Source: Oculina patagonica (taxonomy: Eukaryota). Taken from it: a DNA stretch of 64,000 nucleotides. Made by a program: the position numbers and the translations under genes. Below are positions 50,334 to 64,000 of this stretch, in pieces. Below the pieces are notes generated by a model. It ran no database searches and was not told the origin of the DNA. It saw nothing but the letters and a program-made list of their open reading frames with translations. Location: the NCBI RefSeq assembly GCF_052425735.1, contig NC_135761.1, positions 6,448,001-6,512,000 on the forward strand, in the 5' to 3' direction. Position 1 is the stretch's first letter, and each line of letters opens with the position of its first letter.

Positions 50334-52569
50334 TGATAATTTGTTCATTTATAGTGGGCTTTTTAGCATAAAATTGATTAAAAGCGCATTACAATATTAC
50401 AACGTTTAAATATTACAAAAAATAAGTGACTAGGTGAGTAAATTAGTAAAGCTTTGATTTCTTTAATTGTTTTAAGTAAGAACTTTAGAACTTGATCAAC
50501 ATTAAAGTTTCGTTTAAAACATTGCGATAATTAGTCAAAGTGGTCCATTCAAGTATAGAAAATTAGTTATCTATCTAGCGTAAAGTTAGAGATACTTGTT
50601 ATCAATATCGGTTATTTTCTTTTTGTAGGAAATAGGATTGAAGTAGTTTTAAATCCACACCGATAAATGAACTTTAAAATGTAACCGGGGGGCTATACTT
50701 CCCCTTGCTAGCTTCATATTAACACGAGCAAGAATATATGTATATTTTTCAACCCTATTTCTGCTGAGAGAGATTAATATCTTAATTCTCATTACAATAT
50801 CGACCATTGTCAAACAGACAGGTGGAGAGAATAACCAAATAAGGAAGGGCATAGTCTTGATGTACAGCAAATTCTCTTAACCAATTTTTAACGAAACTTA
50901 TGTCTATTAGTTAGGAGAATTGATATTTTGAGCTCAGTACTTAAAGGGTAGAATAATTTTTGATTAAAATAGTTATAGAGCATGTATAGTACTGAAAGGC
51001 TAAGTATACTGATAGCCAAGTTGTAAAAAGTAAAAGACTTTTTGCATTTGTAAAATGTTATGCGTTTATATTAGAAGTTTTTAACCTTCTAAAAACATAT
51101 GTACTCAATATTAACTGCTTTTGGCTTGTTAGAAAAATGCTTTTCTTAAATAAAAAATGTTCAGTTGAGCATAATTTCTCAAATGTGCAACTTTTCTGCG
51201 CTTCACATGGATTAGGATGGGTTAGCATTTTGTACGACGCATAGCGGAAAACAAGAAGATTTTGAGAGCATATTTGTCATATACATATGCTATAAACTAA
51301 AAAAAATTATTTATCTTTTTCAATTCGAAGAAGGAAATGCGATGATTATTAATGTAAATCCGGGATCGAAGTTCCACTGGTTATTGTTCGCGGTTAAGCA
51401 AATTATATAGTACGAACTGGCAACAAAAGATATTTTTCCGAAACTCTTCTTGAGATGTTAACAGTTAGGTCTGCGTTAGAGCCCAGCGGCCTATCAGGCC
51501 GGAGCTTGTCTTGCCCAAGAACACAAAAACCAGGGCTTAGAACAGAACGCTCGATCCCGGGCCCAGCGCACTAACCGAGGATGGATTGTCCAAAAACTGA
51601 ACAGTTGGCCCACTTGGCCAAGAAGCAAAGCTTCTAGAGCAACTGTTAAATTTGAGGACGATCTTTCAACAGGAGCATTAATATCCTACAACAAGAACAT
51701 TGAGAAGCTTGAGAAGCTTAAAATCGGTTCAGTACAGCAGAAACCACGAAGCAGTTACTTAAGTAGCACTCAGTCCGACTGTGTTTGTGTAAGTCACAGG
51801 GCTTGCATGAGCTGTATTAGTGTGCATAATATAATATCTAGAACGCTGTCGAGATTGCATTATTACTTAATGACATGATGGTTTCAATTTATAAATGTAT
51901 CTCACACAATACTAATATAGATTTAGGCAAGCCTAAAAGCGGAGCTCCCCGGTTATATGCCCTTTACATTTTTTTTAGAATGATTTTTTATTCGTGTTAT
52001 TTTCTTTATATATATTATGTATTGTTTTTCACCATGAACAACAGCACCAAATAAAAGTAAAAATAGTTGATCAATCAAAAGAGGATGATCATCTAGCAGT
52101 TTGTGCATAACCTCCCAAAGATATATAAACTCTCAAAGAGAAACTAGAACAAAGAAAGCGTTGCTCTAGAAAATATCCATACACCCACCATAACTGGTAT
52201 GTTATAGCTGTACATAGCATACAACTGGAAAGTTTTGCATGTAGCTTGTCCCACCCCCCCCCCCTCAAACGGGGGCCCTATTGGAACAGTGACAGTATTA
52301 TTTCCCGATACTATAAATAACAACAAATAACTAATCTGTGAGACACCTGACCCACAAAACAAAACAGCTGTGTTTAATGTTTTATTATTTAATGACTGAG
52401 TTCGGTTTTGGTGAAGTAAAAATTTGCCTATGAACAACATATATTTTATCAGTTATTATTGTATTGCAACATGTGAGATTAATTTAGAGATTGATGAACT
52501 GTGTATCTCATTATCATGATTACTGTTCTTCACAGTGTGGGCACTGGGAATTAAATGTTTGGGTAGGTA

Positions 52570-52875
52570 AAGCCTGCTGTTGAGCCAAGTGGCTCATCAG
52601 GCTGGAGCGTAACCAGGTTTCTGCAGGATTATTAAGCGGCTAGGAGTATTTCTACTCCCCCTGGATGGGATGCTAGTCCATCGCAGGGTTAACCCCCCCC
52701 CCCCTCCCCCAGCAGTAAATAAGCCGGTACCCATTTATACACCTGGGTGAAGAGAAGAACTATGAGAGTAAAGTGTCTTGCCTAAGAACGCAACGTAGTG
52801 CCCAGGCCAGGTCTCGAACCCGGACCGCTCGATCCGGGGTCCAGCACAATAACCATTAGGTCACCAAACCTCCCA
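52570..52875 (-). mobile_element. tRNA-derived SINE (shorter related fragment ~51475-51577)
   Basis: The reverse strand begins GGGAGGTTTGGTGACCTAATGGTT...GGTTCGAGACCTGG; body contains GGCAAGACACTTTACTCTCA and CCCAGGTGTATAAATGGGTACC. Confidence 0.72.
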
Positions 52876-53072
52876 CAAATGTTTGGGTAGCCGGATGATT
52901 TTTATATTGTGTTGTCAGAGATCCCTTAAGAAATACGTACATGGATGAGCCTTATCTGGCTCTATTTCATTAACTTTAAAATTACACCTGACCACATAAA
53001 TTGTATTTCACACAGAGTACATAAGTATTAGTTGTACATGCAATGAAGAAATAATATATTCTGATTGTTCAT

Positions 53073-56000
53073 TTATCTCTCTCTCTCTGTGTCTGCAACT
53101 CTCTGTGGAAATTCTGCTACTCGTGTTAACCCTGAAAAAGGGAAAATAACAGATACCATTTTGTTGATGATCATTGACATCAAATGAATATTTATAATTT
53201 TAATTGAATTTATTCAGAACATTATACAGATACATAAAAAAGATAGTTATTTTTCCAATTTTTGCATGGGCCAGGGAATGTGTTGGGGGATACATGTATG
53301 TTTAGAACCAAAAAGTCCTTTCAGAGTGAGTGTGTCAGCAAAACCTTTTTTTACCTACTGAAGACACTAATAGTGCTATCAAAAAGACCCGGCACATGGC
53401 GAGGCTTTGATGAATGTTTTGGGGTGTGAAACACCGGCTTAATTCAAGAGTTCCCTACAAAATGATGTGTCTTTTGAGACTCTTACAATTATTTATCTCT
53501 GACAGGTGCTGTTGAAAGTACTGTGATTAAGTCCAGGAAAGCTTACATATTCTCCCTAAAACTTTTATCAGGGATGTAGCTAAGAAAACACTTAGCCGGT
53601 TCATCAACAAGCCCAGCTGGCTTTTCTGGCCTAAACAGCTCTAAAATTTTACTAAGTCTTTGTGTTCACGTAAAATTTCAGCTGAGTTTAAGTTCTATTT
53701 CTACATTTGCCTGGTACCACAACAAGACAATTTATGTTAAGTTAGGGAGCTTATTAGCTATTAAGGTTTAATTAAGGTATTAACAAAAGGAATTCAAACA
53801 CAACAGGTCAATTTGCACTTCTCCCACAAAATCATTACAAGTATTCCGGTATTTTGTCGGGTCAGGTAGCAGATCTTGTTGGGTCTTTGCCCTCATACCC
53901 CTCCTCCACGGTGGGGGAGGGGTGCATTGTATGAACAACGAAAACATTTTACTTGAACAATAAAAACATTTTATGTACATGTGCTGTTACATATAAATTG
54001 TGTATATTAAATTCCTCAATTGAACGAGGATTTTAGGGAAATATACAATGTAAACTTACCAAGGGGTTAAAACGCATACCATTTTTCAAACCCAAAAGTT
54101 TTACACTTGAAAAACAAGTTTCATGCACTAATGTGTCATGGAGCTTCTTTAATATCTAGCTAAAGAAAGGTATAAGCTGACACTTATGTAATGATTACCT
54201 GCATCACCAATTTCACTAACTGCACCCCTTGACTGCTTTCCCTGCACTGAAAACAAAATTTATACATATCAAAAACCTGTTAAATTCTTAACTTGCATCC
54301 TGGCAAAAAGTATGGAAATCCTAACAGCAAGTTTTAGAAAGACAACAGATTTACCAAAATAAATGATAACTTCAAACTGCATCTTACACCCTCCATAAAT
54401 ACTTCTTACTGAAATTGACCTCAAAAAACTTGTTGTACATGTAAATAAATAATACATGTACATGTATTATTTACTTTTAATTATATAATCCTCGAGTCAT
54501 CGCAGACAGGCCCATTTTGAACTTATTTTTTTCACGATCAAAAACTAATCCTACTTCTCTTGTAGAAAAAAAATTGGCAAAAATATTTGATTTAGTCACT
54601 GCTTTAAGTTGGAAAACTTTGAAGTCTTAAAGAATTGTACGAGTCATGTGCAACCTTCCAGAAAGCAATGCTCATAGCCACAGGGCTAAAAAAGTACCCT
54701 CTGATTATCTGGGGCAAGTAGATTTTTCTGTCAAGCAATTAATTTTTCGTGCCTGTTTGCGTAATTTAGGTTAAAAGGCCCAGGCAAGTCGTCTACATGT
54801 AAATTATACAGTCACAAGTTTACTAAGAAACATAATCATGCACAGTCCTAGGCAAGCAAAATTTGAGAGCTGCTTGTTAACCACAGGGCAATCTGGAATT
54901 TATTTTTTTCCAAGCCCTTATCCTACATTATAACTTCAGGATCAGCTTGGTTGTTATAACTTAAGAAAATTTCATGATCTTTCGCATAACATTTTAGAAT
55001 CTGTGCTATATTCTTTTATGTACCATATTTATTCGATTAAACGCCACGGCGTTTATTTAATTTTTCGTGATTCGAGTGCGGCGTTTATTAGAGGAAAGCG
55101 TTTATACGAGGGCGGCGTTCATTTAAAATTCAATTTATTTCTTGTAAACAATAGTATGGTAACTGAACATTTAAATTTAAAAAAAAAAAACAGAAACATG
55201 TTTTAGTGCATGCCTGAAAAGTCAATTTCAATACCTTAAAACCTTGTTACAATCAAGAAAAATATTTTTTTTGGCCTGCTCAAGCTTGATTATTACTGCA
55301 TTTGCTTTCCGAGTCTGTTATTCGAATGAATGCTGCATCATCATGATGCAGCGTTTATTTGAGGGCGACGTTTATTAATATTTCTGTTCTAATATGTAGC
55401 GCTCATTCGAGGGAGGCGTTTAATCGATTAAATACGGTAAGTTATAAAAATATGAAAAAACTAATCAATTTATTCTGAGAAAGGCTGTAAAATCAGATAA
55501 GAAATACAAAACTTTCACAAAACGTTTTCACTCATAACATTCATATGATAAAAATATAAAAACTAAAATAAGGAAGACTACGCAAAGTTCTCAGTGAAAA
55601 ATAACAGAGGTCATGGAGAAACTATATTTCGCTAAGACTCTCAGCTAGCAATGTCCCCTATACAGTATGGGGCCCAGTTCTCGGCCGGGTCCAGTTCTCG
55701 GCCACTTTGTGTTCAATGCGTTTTTTCACGCCTCAGTTGAATTAAAACAAAAAGTTATTTACATCCAGCGATAGATTTACATTTGCGATAGACTGATTCT
55801 TGTGCTCTAAGTATCGTTAGTTTGATCCTTCAACACGCTATAGAAAGCTCACACGTCGAGTTTACGCGGAGGTAGGTTAATTTGTTTTCCCGAAATCTTG
55901 TTTGTTTACGGCTCCTTGAAATTCTTGGATGCAGTTAAATTCGTATTTTATCCGAAAGCCCCAACCAAAAGAGCTAATTTTTTGCATGTGAAACGTAAAA

Positions 56001-57666
56001 TAATTCAGCTTTCTGCTTAAGTTAACTTTTCGTTGATTCTTTGTATTTTGTTGGTCTTAATTTACTTCGGAATTTTTCCGTACGACTTTTGCGTATTTGC
56101 CAGTTCTCGGCCACCCTGCTCGCTATCACAGCTTAGAGCTTGGTTTTTAATATAATTTCATCTACTGCAGCCAGAATAAAAGAAAGAAATGTTTTAAAAA
56201 TAAAGTTCAATTAAATCTCTAAGTTTTGAGCTAACTCTTGTCTTGTTTATTATTTCTACAACACCTGACTCTTTCAAGACCCTTCCACTGCAAAGTAAAC
56301 CATCTAAGGGCCTCTTCATATGATCCCGGTTGACCGGGCTGGCCCAGTTACCGAGATCTCAGCTCACTCCTATTTTCTTGTAAAATTTTGGATGTGTTCA
56401 TATGATAAGGTGGGCCAGCCCGGTTACCGATATCTCGGTTTCTGCAACCGAGATCTCGACAACCGGGAAGAATATTTTCCCATATGAACGCTCCAGCCCG
56501 GTCGCCGGGACGCAACTTTTTTTGAAAAAATAGCTTCCCTTTCGTAATTGGGCGGTCCAAATGGTTTAATTTTGCCTTGTATTTATTTCCACTTCAGAAA
56601 TATGCGAATTAGCTTTATTAATAAAGTTACATGGGTCAATAAAGCTACGATAGTCGCGAAAGATGCAACTTTATGTGTCGCCATTTTGCCTTCGTTTCTT
56701 GAATTTTATCCCCGTCAACCGGGCTAAAATTTTCCATATGAACAGAGGTCAAAATCCGTCCTGGTAACTGAAACAGTTCGTAAACCGGCTCATGTGAAGA
56801 GGCCCTAAATGCATTGGTCACACAACACAACTCTGCGGTTTTGCAAGAACCTGCAAAAAGCCTCATAAAAATAATTTGCGATCGATATAACATAAATAAG
56901 TTTACAGAGTGATTTTATGACTGTGAAAATTAATTGAGCCTTTTTATACGGAAATTACGCATAAGCTTTTTGGTGGCCGAGAACTGGGCCCACAAAAGGA
57001 GATTTTATTTTTATTATTGTTCGGGATAATTAATTATTAACCGGTCGATAGCTTTACACCAAAAAGCTGAATAATGTAGAAAGCTCTGGGAGAAATTTCA
57101 AGTTTCTTTGGTTATTCTGAGAAAAGAAATACTAGTTTACGTCTATAGTGGCCGAGAACTGGGCCCCATACTGTATTGCATCTGACTCGACCACATTCTT
57201 ACAAATTTTCATGTAAATTTTGTTCTCTACTTGTTCTGTACTCTTTCCAACGTTTAAAAGTGGTGTGTTCTTCCTACTTCGGTGATTTAACTACAGAATA
57301 AACAAATTAACGCGGATAGGAAAAACCAGAAGTAAGGTATGCTTTGAATACAACTCGTGTTTAAGACAAAACGAATTTCAGTTCATTTAATAAGTCTATG
57401 TCCTTGTTTGACATACCGGTACACGACTGAGAGCTAGAACCCAGCTTCGTTTAAAAATGATGTACAGTGTATTAGGTTGAATGCTGGTTAATCTAAATAC
57501 CAAAGACTTTTCTAATCTGTTAAAAAATGAACATCAATAGCTCACCTTGTTTTCGTAAAGGAATGTTGTCTTTGACCGTCTTTGCTTCAAACTCACCAAG
57601 AAGCTTGGAAGATTTTCCATTTCGATCGGCCACAATCTTTACTCCTCTACTAACTATGGTTGTCAT
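53073..57666 (-). CDS. Candidate small spliced gene, 75 aa, unknown function
   Basis: Exons 57546-57666 (GTGAG donor), 54199-54246 and 53073-53131 are all phase-1 compatible: MTTIVSRGVKIVADRNGKSSKLLGEFEAKTVKDNIPLRKQVQGKQSRGAVSEIGDAGLTRVAEFPQRVADTERER*. TATA-like TATATA near 57935. No homology recognised. Confidence 0.4.
55663..57173. mobile_element. Tc1/pogo-type non-autonomous element with nested Harbinger MITE (56308-56805)
   Basis: TA-CAGTATGGGGCCCAGTTCTCGGCC / GGCCGAGAACTGGGCCCCATACTG-TA; inner GGGCCTCTTCA.ATGA TIR with TAA TSD. Confidence 0.82.
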
Positions 57667-58922
57667 CGCGGGTGAAACGAGGAATATATCCAGAAATAAT
57701 GTATCTGTAATAAACTGTCTTTAAAACTGAGTTCTTCGTGTGCTTTTCAATCGAGGAGTCTTCATGCTTAGTAGTGAACTCATGCGTACGCTTGGTAAAT
57801 CGGCATGCTGTGAGATTGTTTCCTGACTTTTCACACAGCGGACTTCCTCAAGTTAGTCTCCCCTTCATGTAATTCTAACATTGTCAACAAGAGCTAAGAA
57901 TGATTTTTTTTCCTCGCGTTTAAAACTTCCTACTATATAAAGCTTAGCTGAGTAGAAATCGTTTTTAAAAAAACTTTTTTGCTAAGGCCTTGATAGTAAT
58001 GATTTTTCCCGCCAAAAGACGCGGGTTGCCACCGGAGCCTAGCTCGTTCCCAGGCCTAATCCGTGCGTACGGACGTACGTACGCGACAACCAAAATTTCT
58101 CGGTTCGATAGGATACCATTTGCCCTGTCTGTTCCCTTGTACCCGCATGTTACCAATGGAGCTACGCTACGCGCCTTCGGCGCGTGGAGCTCCGCTAATA
58201 AACGATTGAAGTAGACGACTAGACAATGTAAAGTTTTAAGACTTAGCAAAGTGCAGTGTATTGGTAATACTGTAAGGTGCGGTTTCACCTGAAGGTCGTG
58301 TGCTTTTCGGTATTTTCCAGCCATTGCACTTTGATGGGACAGTACTACAACTGTTTACCGCCGGGGAACTACTATTGTCAAGAAAATGATCACAACTTGT
58401 TGATGAATGATTGAACATTTGTTTCATACCATTACTGTAATAGCAATTGATGAAGGCTTTTAGTCCTGAACCAAAGTATAAGGACTGGGAAATACTGAAA
58501 CCCATTATCAGCCACCTTAAACGGAAATATCTTGTTGGTGTTTCAAGGAATCCAAGGAAACTTCACTCATCCCATGCATCTATGTATTGCGGTATTTTGT
58601 AATTTTTTGAGTGATTTTTGGGGATGTTTGGCAGGTGATAGTTTTTTTAAAAGAATTATTAAAATTTAGACAACTAAGAAATATTGAAAATTTAATGTGA
58701 ATTTAACATTGGAATTTGAAGTTAGAAATTGGCAGACGGACACCAAACAGTCCCGTGACATCCTGGAGTGTTTTTGCATGGGGGTCAACTGTGTGATGAT
58801 GTTTCCATTTTTTTCTTCAATCCCCACTGATAAAGAACTGTTGTTGGTGTTATGTTGGTGTTATCACATGTCAAGCCTTTAACAAGGTATGAAAGAACAC
58901 AAGGATTTACATTATTCTGGTA

Positions 58923-61580
58923 CACCCCTCTGTAACAGACCTGGTGACACCTGATTTTCCACCAGGTTTTCAACCAAAATCGACCAGGGAAGTAAAAAAT
59001 CCACCAGGTTGATTACTTACTTTTTGTATGCAATAAACTTAGCGGGGTAATCGTGCACAATTTTCCGCACCGATGTCGCCTAACGGCTGTAGATGACACC
59101 GTCGTTTTTTCGCATTGTACGTAAACAACTGAAGTAATATACTCTTTGTATCCTGCTCTTAGACGGAGAAAAGTGGCAAAGGAAAAACAGAATCGAATTT
59201 AAAGGCATCGGACTTAATTTCTCTTATAACAAGTCCTTTTAGGCTTTCGCGTTATACGGCAAACGGGCCGTTTTGCGATCCCCGAGCGTTCTTTGTATCG
59301 AACAGTGCATTACAGCCACTAGATCCGCAATGGGTAAATTTAGCAAATCATTGTCACAATGAGCCTATGAGTATGATCATACTATTGACACTGTCAGTTT
59401 GCACTTGGACTTGAAGCAGTCGTGTTATATTCCTGAAATCCTCTGAAATTCTCGCACGTTTTTGTCCATCAGAGATCATACACGGCACGCAATGCATGCA
59501 GAAGCGATGACGAATAGAAGAACAAATTCCGCCGACCGCCTTATGATATAAGGCGATGGACTGACGTTGTCGCCTTAAAATGATTCCTTTAGATTCATGT
59601 TACTTTTACAGTTCTTAGCAGGCCTGTAGGCAGGATTTAAAACGACGGTTCTTCAGAGCGCCAAAGATCTGAAAGATGCAACCGTGTGAATGCCGAAGAT
59701 GTAAACTACTACTGGGGGTCCAGGGGGCATGCCTCCCCGGGAAATTTTGAAAATTAGACAGGCCGAAATCACATTTTGTGCGTTTTGAAGGGAGTTTCAT
59801 AGGCAACTAGGCAGCTTAAAGTAAACTTAAAAAACACGATTATTTCTAGTCCTTTTCAGTTAAAATCAAAGCTCCTTATTTTTGGAAGGGGAACGCGCTT
59901 CACCAGGCAACCAACCTTGCGCTTGACGGATTACACCACCAAAACATACATTTACGACTTAAATTCCTAAACCGCGTGTTGAAGGATATTCAGACAGATA
60001 TTCGATATGTTTCAAAAACAAATTGGGAGAACGTTTCGCGGGATCATTTTCTCGACTCCCTAGTCCCTAGTTTGAACGTCTCTCAAGCCCTGCTAATCTG
60101 ACTACAAGTTTAATTACTTTTCCAGAAGGTAAATGACATAAATATTTATTATCAAAAGAGCCTAGCCTAACACCAAGAGACAGATCCAGAGGTTGTCTCG
60201 CGCGGGCGCGCCTAAATTTAAACGGTCCGTTTACCATTAAAATTGCAAAATGTTAAAAATGCCGGCCCTTATTCGTTGATCCATTTTCAGTAGGTTATAG
60301 CATACAGACGTCAAAATAGAAAACCGTTTGCTTATATCTTTTACAGGTCGAATAAATTGTCTCTTTTTTCGGATTAAGCGAGCAATTACAAATACGTTTT
60401 AATGACTGCAGTCATCGGCATCAATAGTTTCATGCAGGCGAAAGCTACACAAAGTAATATTTAGACAGTACTTACAATTTAAGGCAGCTTAATTAAAATT
60501 TACCGTCATACGCCACTTGAATGATCTTGAATGTATTTGAATAACTTGCGTATTTTTTACATCACATTGTGCTGGCGGGCTGCAAAGTTTTTACAACACG
60601 ATATTTTTTACATCAAACGCCTCTCAAACTGCTCAAGGCTACTAAATCGACGAAAAAAGGCCGTTTAATACTCACCAAGAATTATTTCGGTCAAGCTGAT
60701 TATCCTCTGCGTAGTTATTCGATAAAACGCTGTAGAAAGCCGGGTCAAAAATACCGTATTTATTCGATTAAGCGCCCAACCTCGAATAAGCGCCCACCCT
60801 GAAGGTAGGAAAAGTTAATAAGCGCCCAGCCTCGAATAAGCGCCCACCCCTCACCCTTCAAGAAACTTAAGTGCACAAGAGGAGTATTGATTATTGAAAG
60901 TGACTAAGTTCTACTAAGAAGACTTCCCTCATGACCGAGTTTTCTTACTATTTTTCAAAGACTTTCAATGAACAGTCAAAATTTTGCTTTGTTTTGTTAC
61001 AAAAATAGACTTCTTTTTGTTGAAAATCGCGAAAATTTAATAAGCGCCCAGCCTCGAATAAGCGCCCACCTCGAATAAGCGCCCACTCTCAAGGTCCAAA
61101 AATTTAATAAGCGCCCAGGGCGCTTAATCGAATAAATACGGTACTTCCACACATTTGTTTTGGGCCGCGCGCGCTGTTCAAATCGCTCTGAATCATTCAC
61201 AAGCTCGTATTACATACAGAAAAGGAAACAGATCTGTCTTGTCTCTTCAGTGATGTGCTTGACAACGGAACACGCGACAAAAACAATAGAAAAAAGTTAA
61301 CAATTACCTTTTGCTATACCGTATTTACATCAAGTTATAGTCAATTATTAAATTATCTTTTTGCCGCGCGTCGTTTTCTTCTGTTTATTAAAGCCAGCAG
61401 AAAGATTTTGGTTGATTTTTCCTGACCAGGTAAACAAAATTCTTCACCAGGGAGAAATAAAATTGACCAGGGATTTTTCAGATACCGGTATTCACCAGGG
61501 ACCAGGGAGGTCAAATTTCCACCAGGGAGGGCAAAATAACCCACCAGGTCGGGTTTCACCAGGTCTGTTACAGAGGGGTG
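58923..61580. mobile_element. hAT-like non-autonomous transposon, 2.66 kb, with nested repeats
   Basis: TIR CACCCCTCTGTAACAGACCTGGTGA; 8-bp flanks TTCTGGTA / TTCTGGTG; subterminal ACCAGG repeats. Confidence 0.8.
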
Positions 61581-61816
61581 TTCTGGTGCTCAATTTTTGC
61601 GTAACTAAAATTAATGTTACTCAAATTCCTGATGGATTCTGTCTTAAACTGTTACGAGCTTAGTATTTCCAAATTATTGCATGTCAATGTAAGGCAAGAC
61701 AAGACATGCCTTGGTTCTTATGTAATTCTCTTAAAAACACATAAGATATTGACTATAATTTTGTCTGTGCTATGGCAATTCACAGTGGGGTGGTCTTGAT
61801 GTGTCTTTAACTTGTA

Positions 61817-62806
61817 GACTGGACTGGACTAGTAAAACGCGGACTAGTAAAACGCGGACTTGTAAAACGCCTCTAGACACTTCGAATTCCTTGGCCACAA
61901 TCATCTTACGGCTCTCTTCAATACATAATGTCTCAAAAAAACAGTAACCTCAGAAAGAAGTCAGAAGCAAATAAGGTCGAAAGACCGAATTTGAACATAT
62001 AACGGCAAATGTTCTAATGTCACGAACGTAGGAGTCGTGTAGGCCCGTCACCTTTATTTACCACATACTGCCCCCAAATTAAAACAGTACCCTCAGAAAG
62101 AAGTGAGAAGCAAATAAGGTCGAAAGACCGAATTTAAACATTTAACGGCAAATATTCTAATGTCACGAACGTAGGAGTCGTGTAGGCCCGTCACCTTTAT
62201 TTACCATTGACTGTTGATTTCTGGACGGGCCCCGTTCTACCTCGTGCGAGCAATACAAACGACTGCACTCAACAGACGTCAAGTAGTGGAAAGAAAGAAA
62301 CATATGCACACAACTCATAGCATCAATCCCGTTGTTTTAGTAGGGGTTTGCAGAACGAACATGTGCTATACTGCAAAAACATCTCCACGCTAAAACAGAC
62401 CATAGAGTGCTCAAAAAAGCTAGAAATATGCCGTCGAAGAAACACACAAGAGCTTCAAACACAAATTGTTTCGCTCGCTAAACCGTTTAGTTTTATCCGA
62501 TTTACAAGCGCTTGTTTTACAAGTCCGCGTTCTACAAGTCCGTGCTTAACAAGCCCTTGTTTTACAAGTCCGCGTTTTACAAGTCCGCGTTTTACTAGTC
62601 CTCGTTTTACAAGTCCGCGTTTTACTAGTCCGCCTTTTACAAGCCGCGTTTTACCTGAGTCCGCGTTTTACTAGTCCGCGTTTTACAAGTCCGCGTTTTA
62701 CTAGTCCGCGTTATACTAGTCCGCGTTTTACAAGTCCGCGTTATACTAGTCCGCGTTTTACAAGTCCGCGTTTTACTAGTCCGCGTTTTACTAGTCCAGT
62801 CCAGTC
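61817..62806. mobile_element. TIR element with 15-bp subterminal tandem array
   Basis: GACTGGACTGGACTAGTAAAACGCGGAC / GTCCGCGTTTTACTAGTCCAGTCCAGTC; (TTTTAC.AGTCCGCG)n at ~62505-62795; internal duplication ~61938-62063 / 62081-62206. Confidence 0.75.
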
Positions 62807-64000
62807 CTCGAAATACAGTATGCCAAAACTCCCCGCCCTCTAAAGATAAGTCCTTGACGGTTCTTGTCGTTTTTCGGTGCCTATTCATCTTCGGCATCTT
62901 TCTCATCCACCTCTCGTTCTGTCCTGTGTCTGTCATCACACGAAAGAAAAGCTGATTCTCAGAAAATCTGCCACAAAAGGAAATTGACAAAAACAATATG
63001 AAAACCATATATCGAAAGTTTCTTATTCTAAAATTTTATCATACGTCTTAATTCAGAGCTACAAAGAAGTTCCTCCTTTTGAGTTATTGATACTGTTCTT
63101 ACAGTACCTCTTTCCACTAGCGAAATTTTACAAAATTCCTTCGCGGCGAAAAGGTAGCGCGAATCCAGAACAGACTCCAATCGAGAGTGGGTTAATTCTA
63201 GATTACTATTAATTAACTATTACAACATTCATTTTTAAAATAGTTTCCCAAGCCGACTAAGCTAACTAAACGTCGAGTGTATCTTTCAGTAAACAAAACA
63301 TGCCGTTATGACGCCGGAAATCCAGCTCACGCATACTATACCCCGTGACTCACGCAAACCTCCGACTTACGTGCTACTACAGTCATTCCTTTCTAAACAT
63401 TTTTTTTTTTACCACCACCGTACCTTTCTACCCAAAAAACTCATGAAACCGCCCGGTTTTAACCTGTTTTAACCTTTCAAAAATTAGAGCGTTCGAAACT
63501 AAATAAGATCCGTAATCACAAACAACATACAGCCGTTTACCAGCACTCTTTAAAACTCCTGAAACCCTTCAAAATCAGGCAAAATAAATCTTTGAAATAA
63601 CCTTTATCAATGTTTCTTATTTTTTATTCAGTTCTATAAAATGCCTTTCATACACTACTGTCAAACAAAAATTTCAATTTCCTCAAAGTTTCAAGACAAA
63701 AGAATAACAAATATTTCGTGCACAATGTAATTTGATTAAGCCAATATTATCACGTCTAAAAATACTTCAAGCAATTCAGAGAAAACCCGTTTTTTTTTTC
63801 GTATCAACGAAAACCACTTTCGAATAATCAATACATGAAAATAACAATAAGATCAAAAGGAAGAAAGGAACCTTTCTAATTATTTGAAGACTTTCAAAGC
63901 CGTGATATTATGCATCCAATCCGCGATAAAATTTAATTACAACAAAATCCAAGTTCTCATTTTAAATTCCATTTTTTTTTTCAGTTGATACCTTTATCCA

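Noticed and set aside
62348-63008. ORFs with FTSPR / KTRTS repeats; CRISPR-like array
   Set aside because: These are translations of a 15-bp tandem repeat with no unique spacers; eukaryotic context and no cas genes.

Overview
Eukaryotic (intron-containing) AT-rich genomic DNA, probably from a stony coral or related cnidarian; this taxon call is inferred from repeat style and gene structure, not from a search. Left end: an intronless FITM gene (503-1300 +) convergent with a 6-exon TIMM21 gene (3406-7775 -). The centre holds a cluster of three 3-exon genes that I reconstructed by hand from splice sites (16509-18485, 25227-27318, 44606-48361, all +). They share intron phases 0/1 and a coiled-coil / hydrophobic hairpin / coiled-coil layout reminiscent of apolipoprotein-L or ClyA-type alpha-pore formers. 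Each lies downstream of non-coding DNA rich in STAT/GAS (TTCNNNGAA) and IRF/ISRE-like motifs, with kB-like motifs also before the second and third genes. Upstream of the first and third genes this DNA is tandemly duplicated. Together this suggests an interferon-like inducible effector locus. An 8.2-kb internally deleted EnSpm/CMC transposon (33081-41328) interrupts one regulatory copy. A Penelope-like remnant with inverted arms and a minimal hammerhead ribozyme lies just 3' of the second gene. The rest is MITEs, SINEs, nested non-autonomous DNA transposons and a candidate small spliced gene (53073-57666 -).
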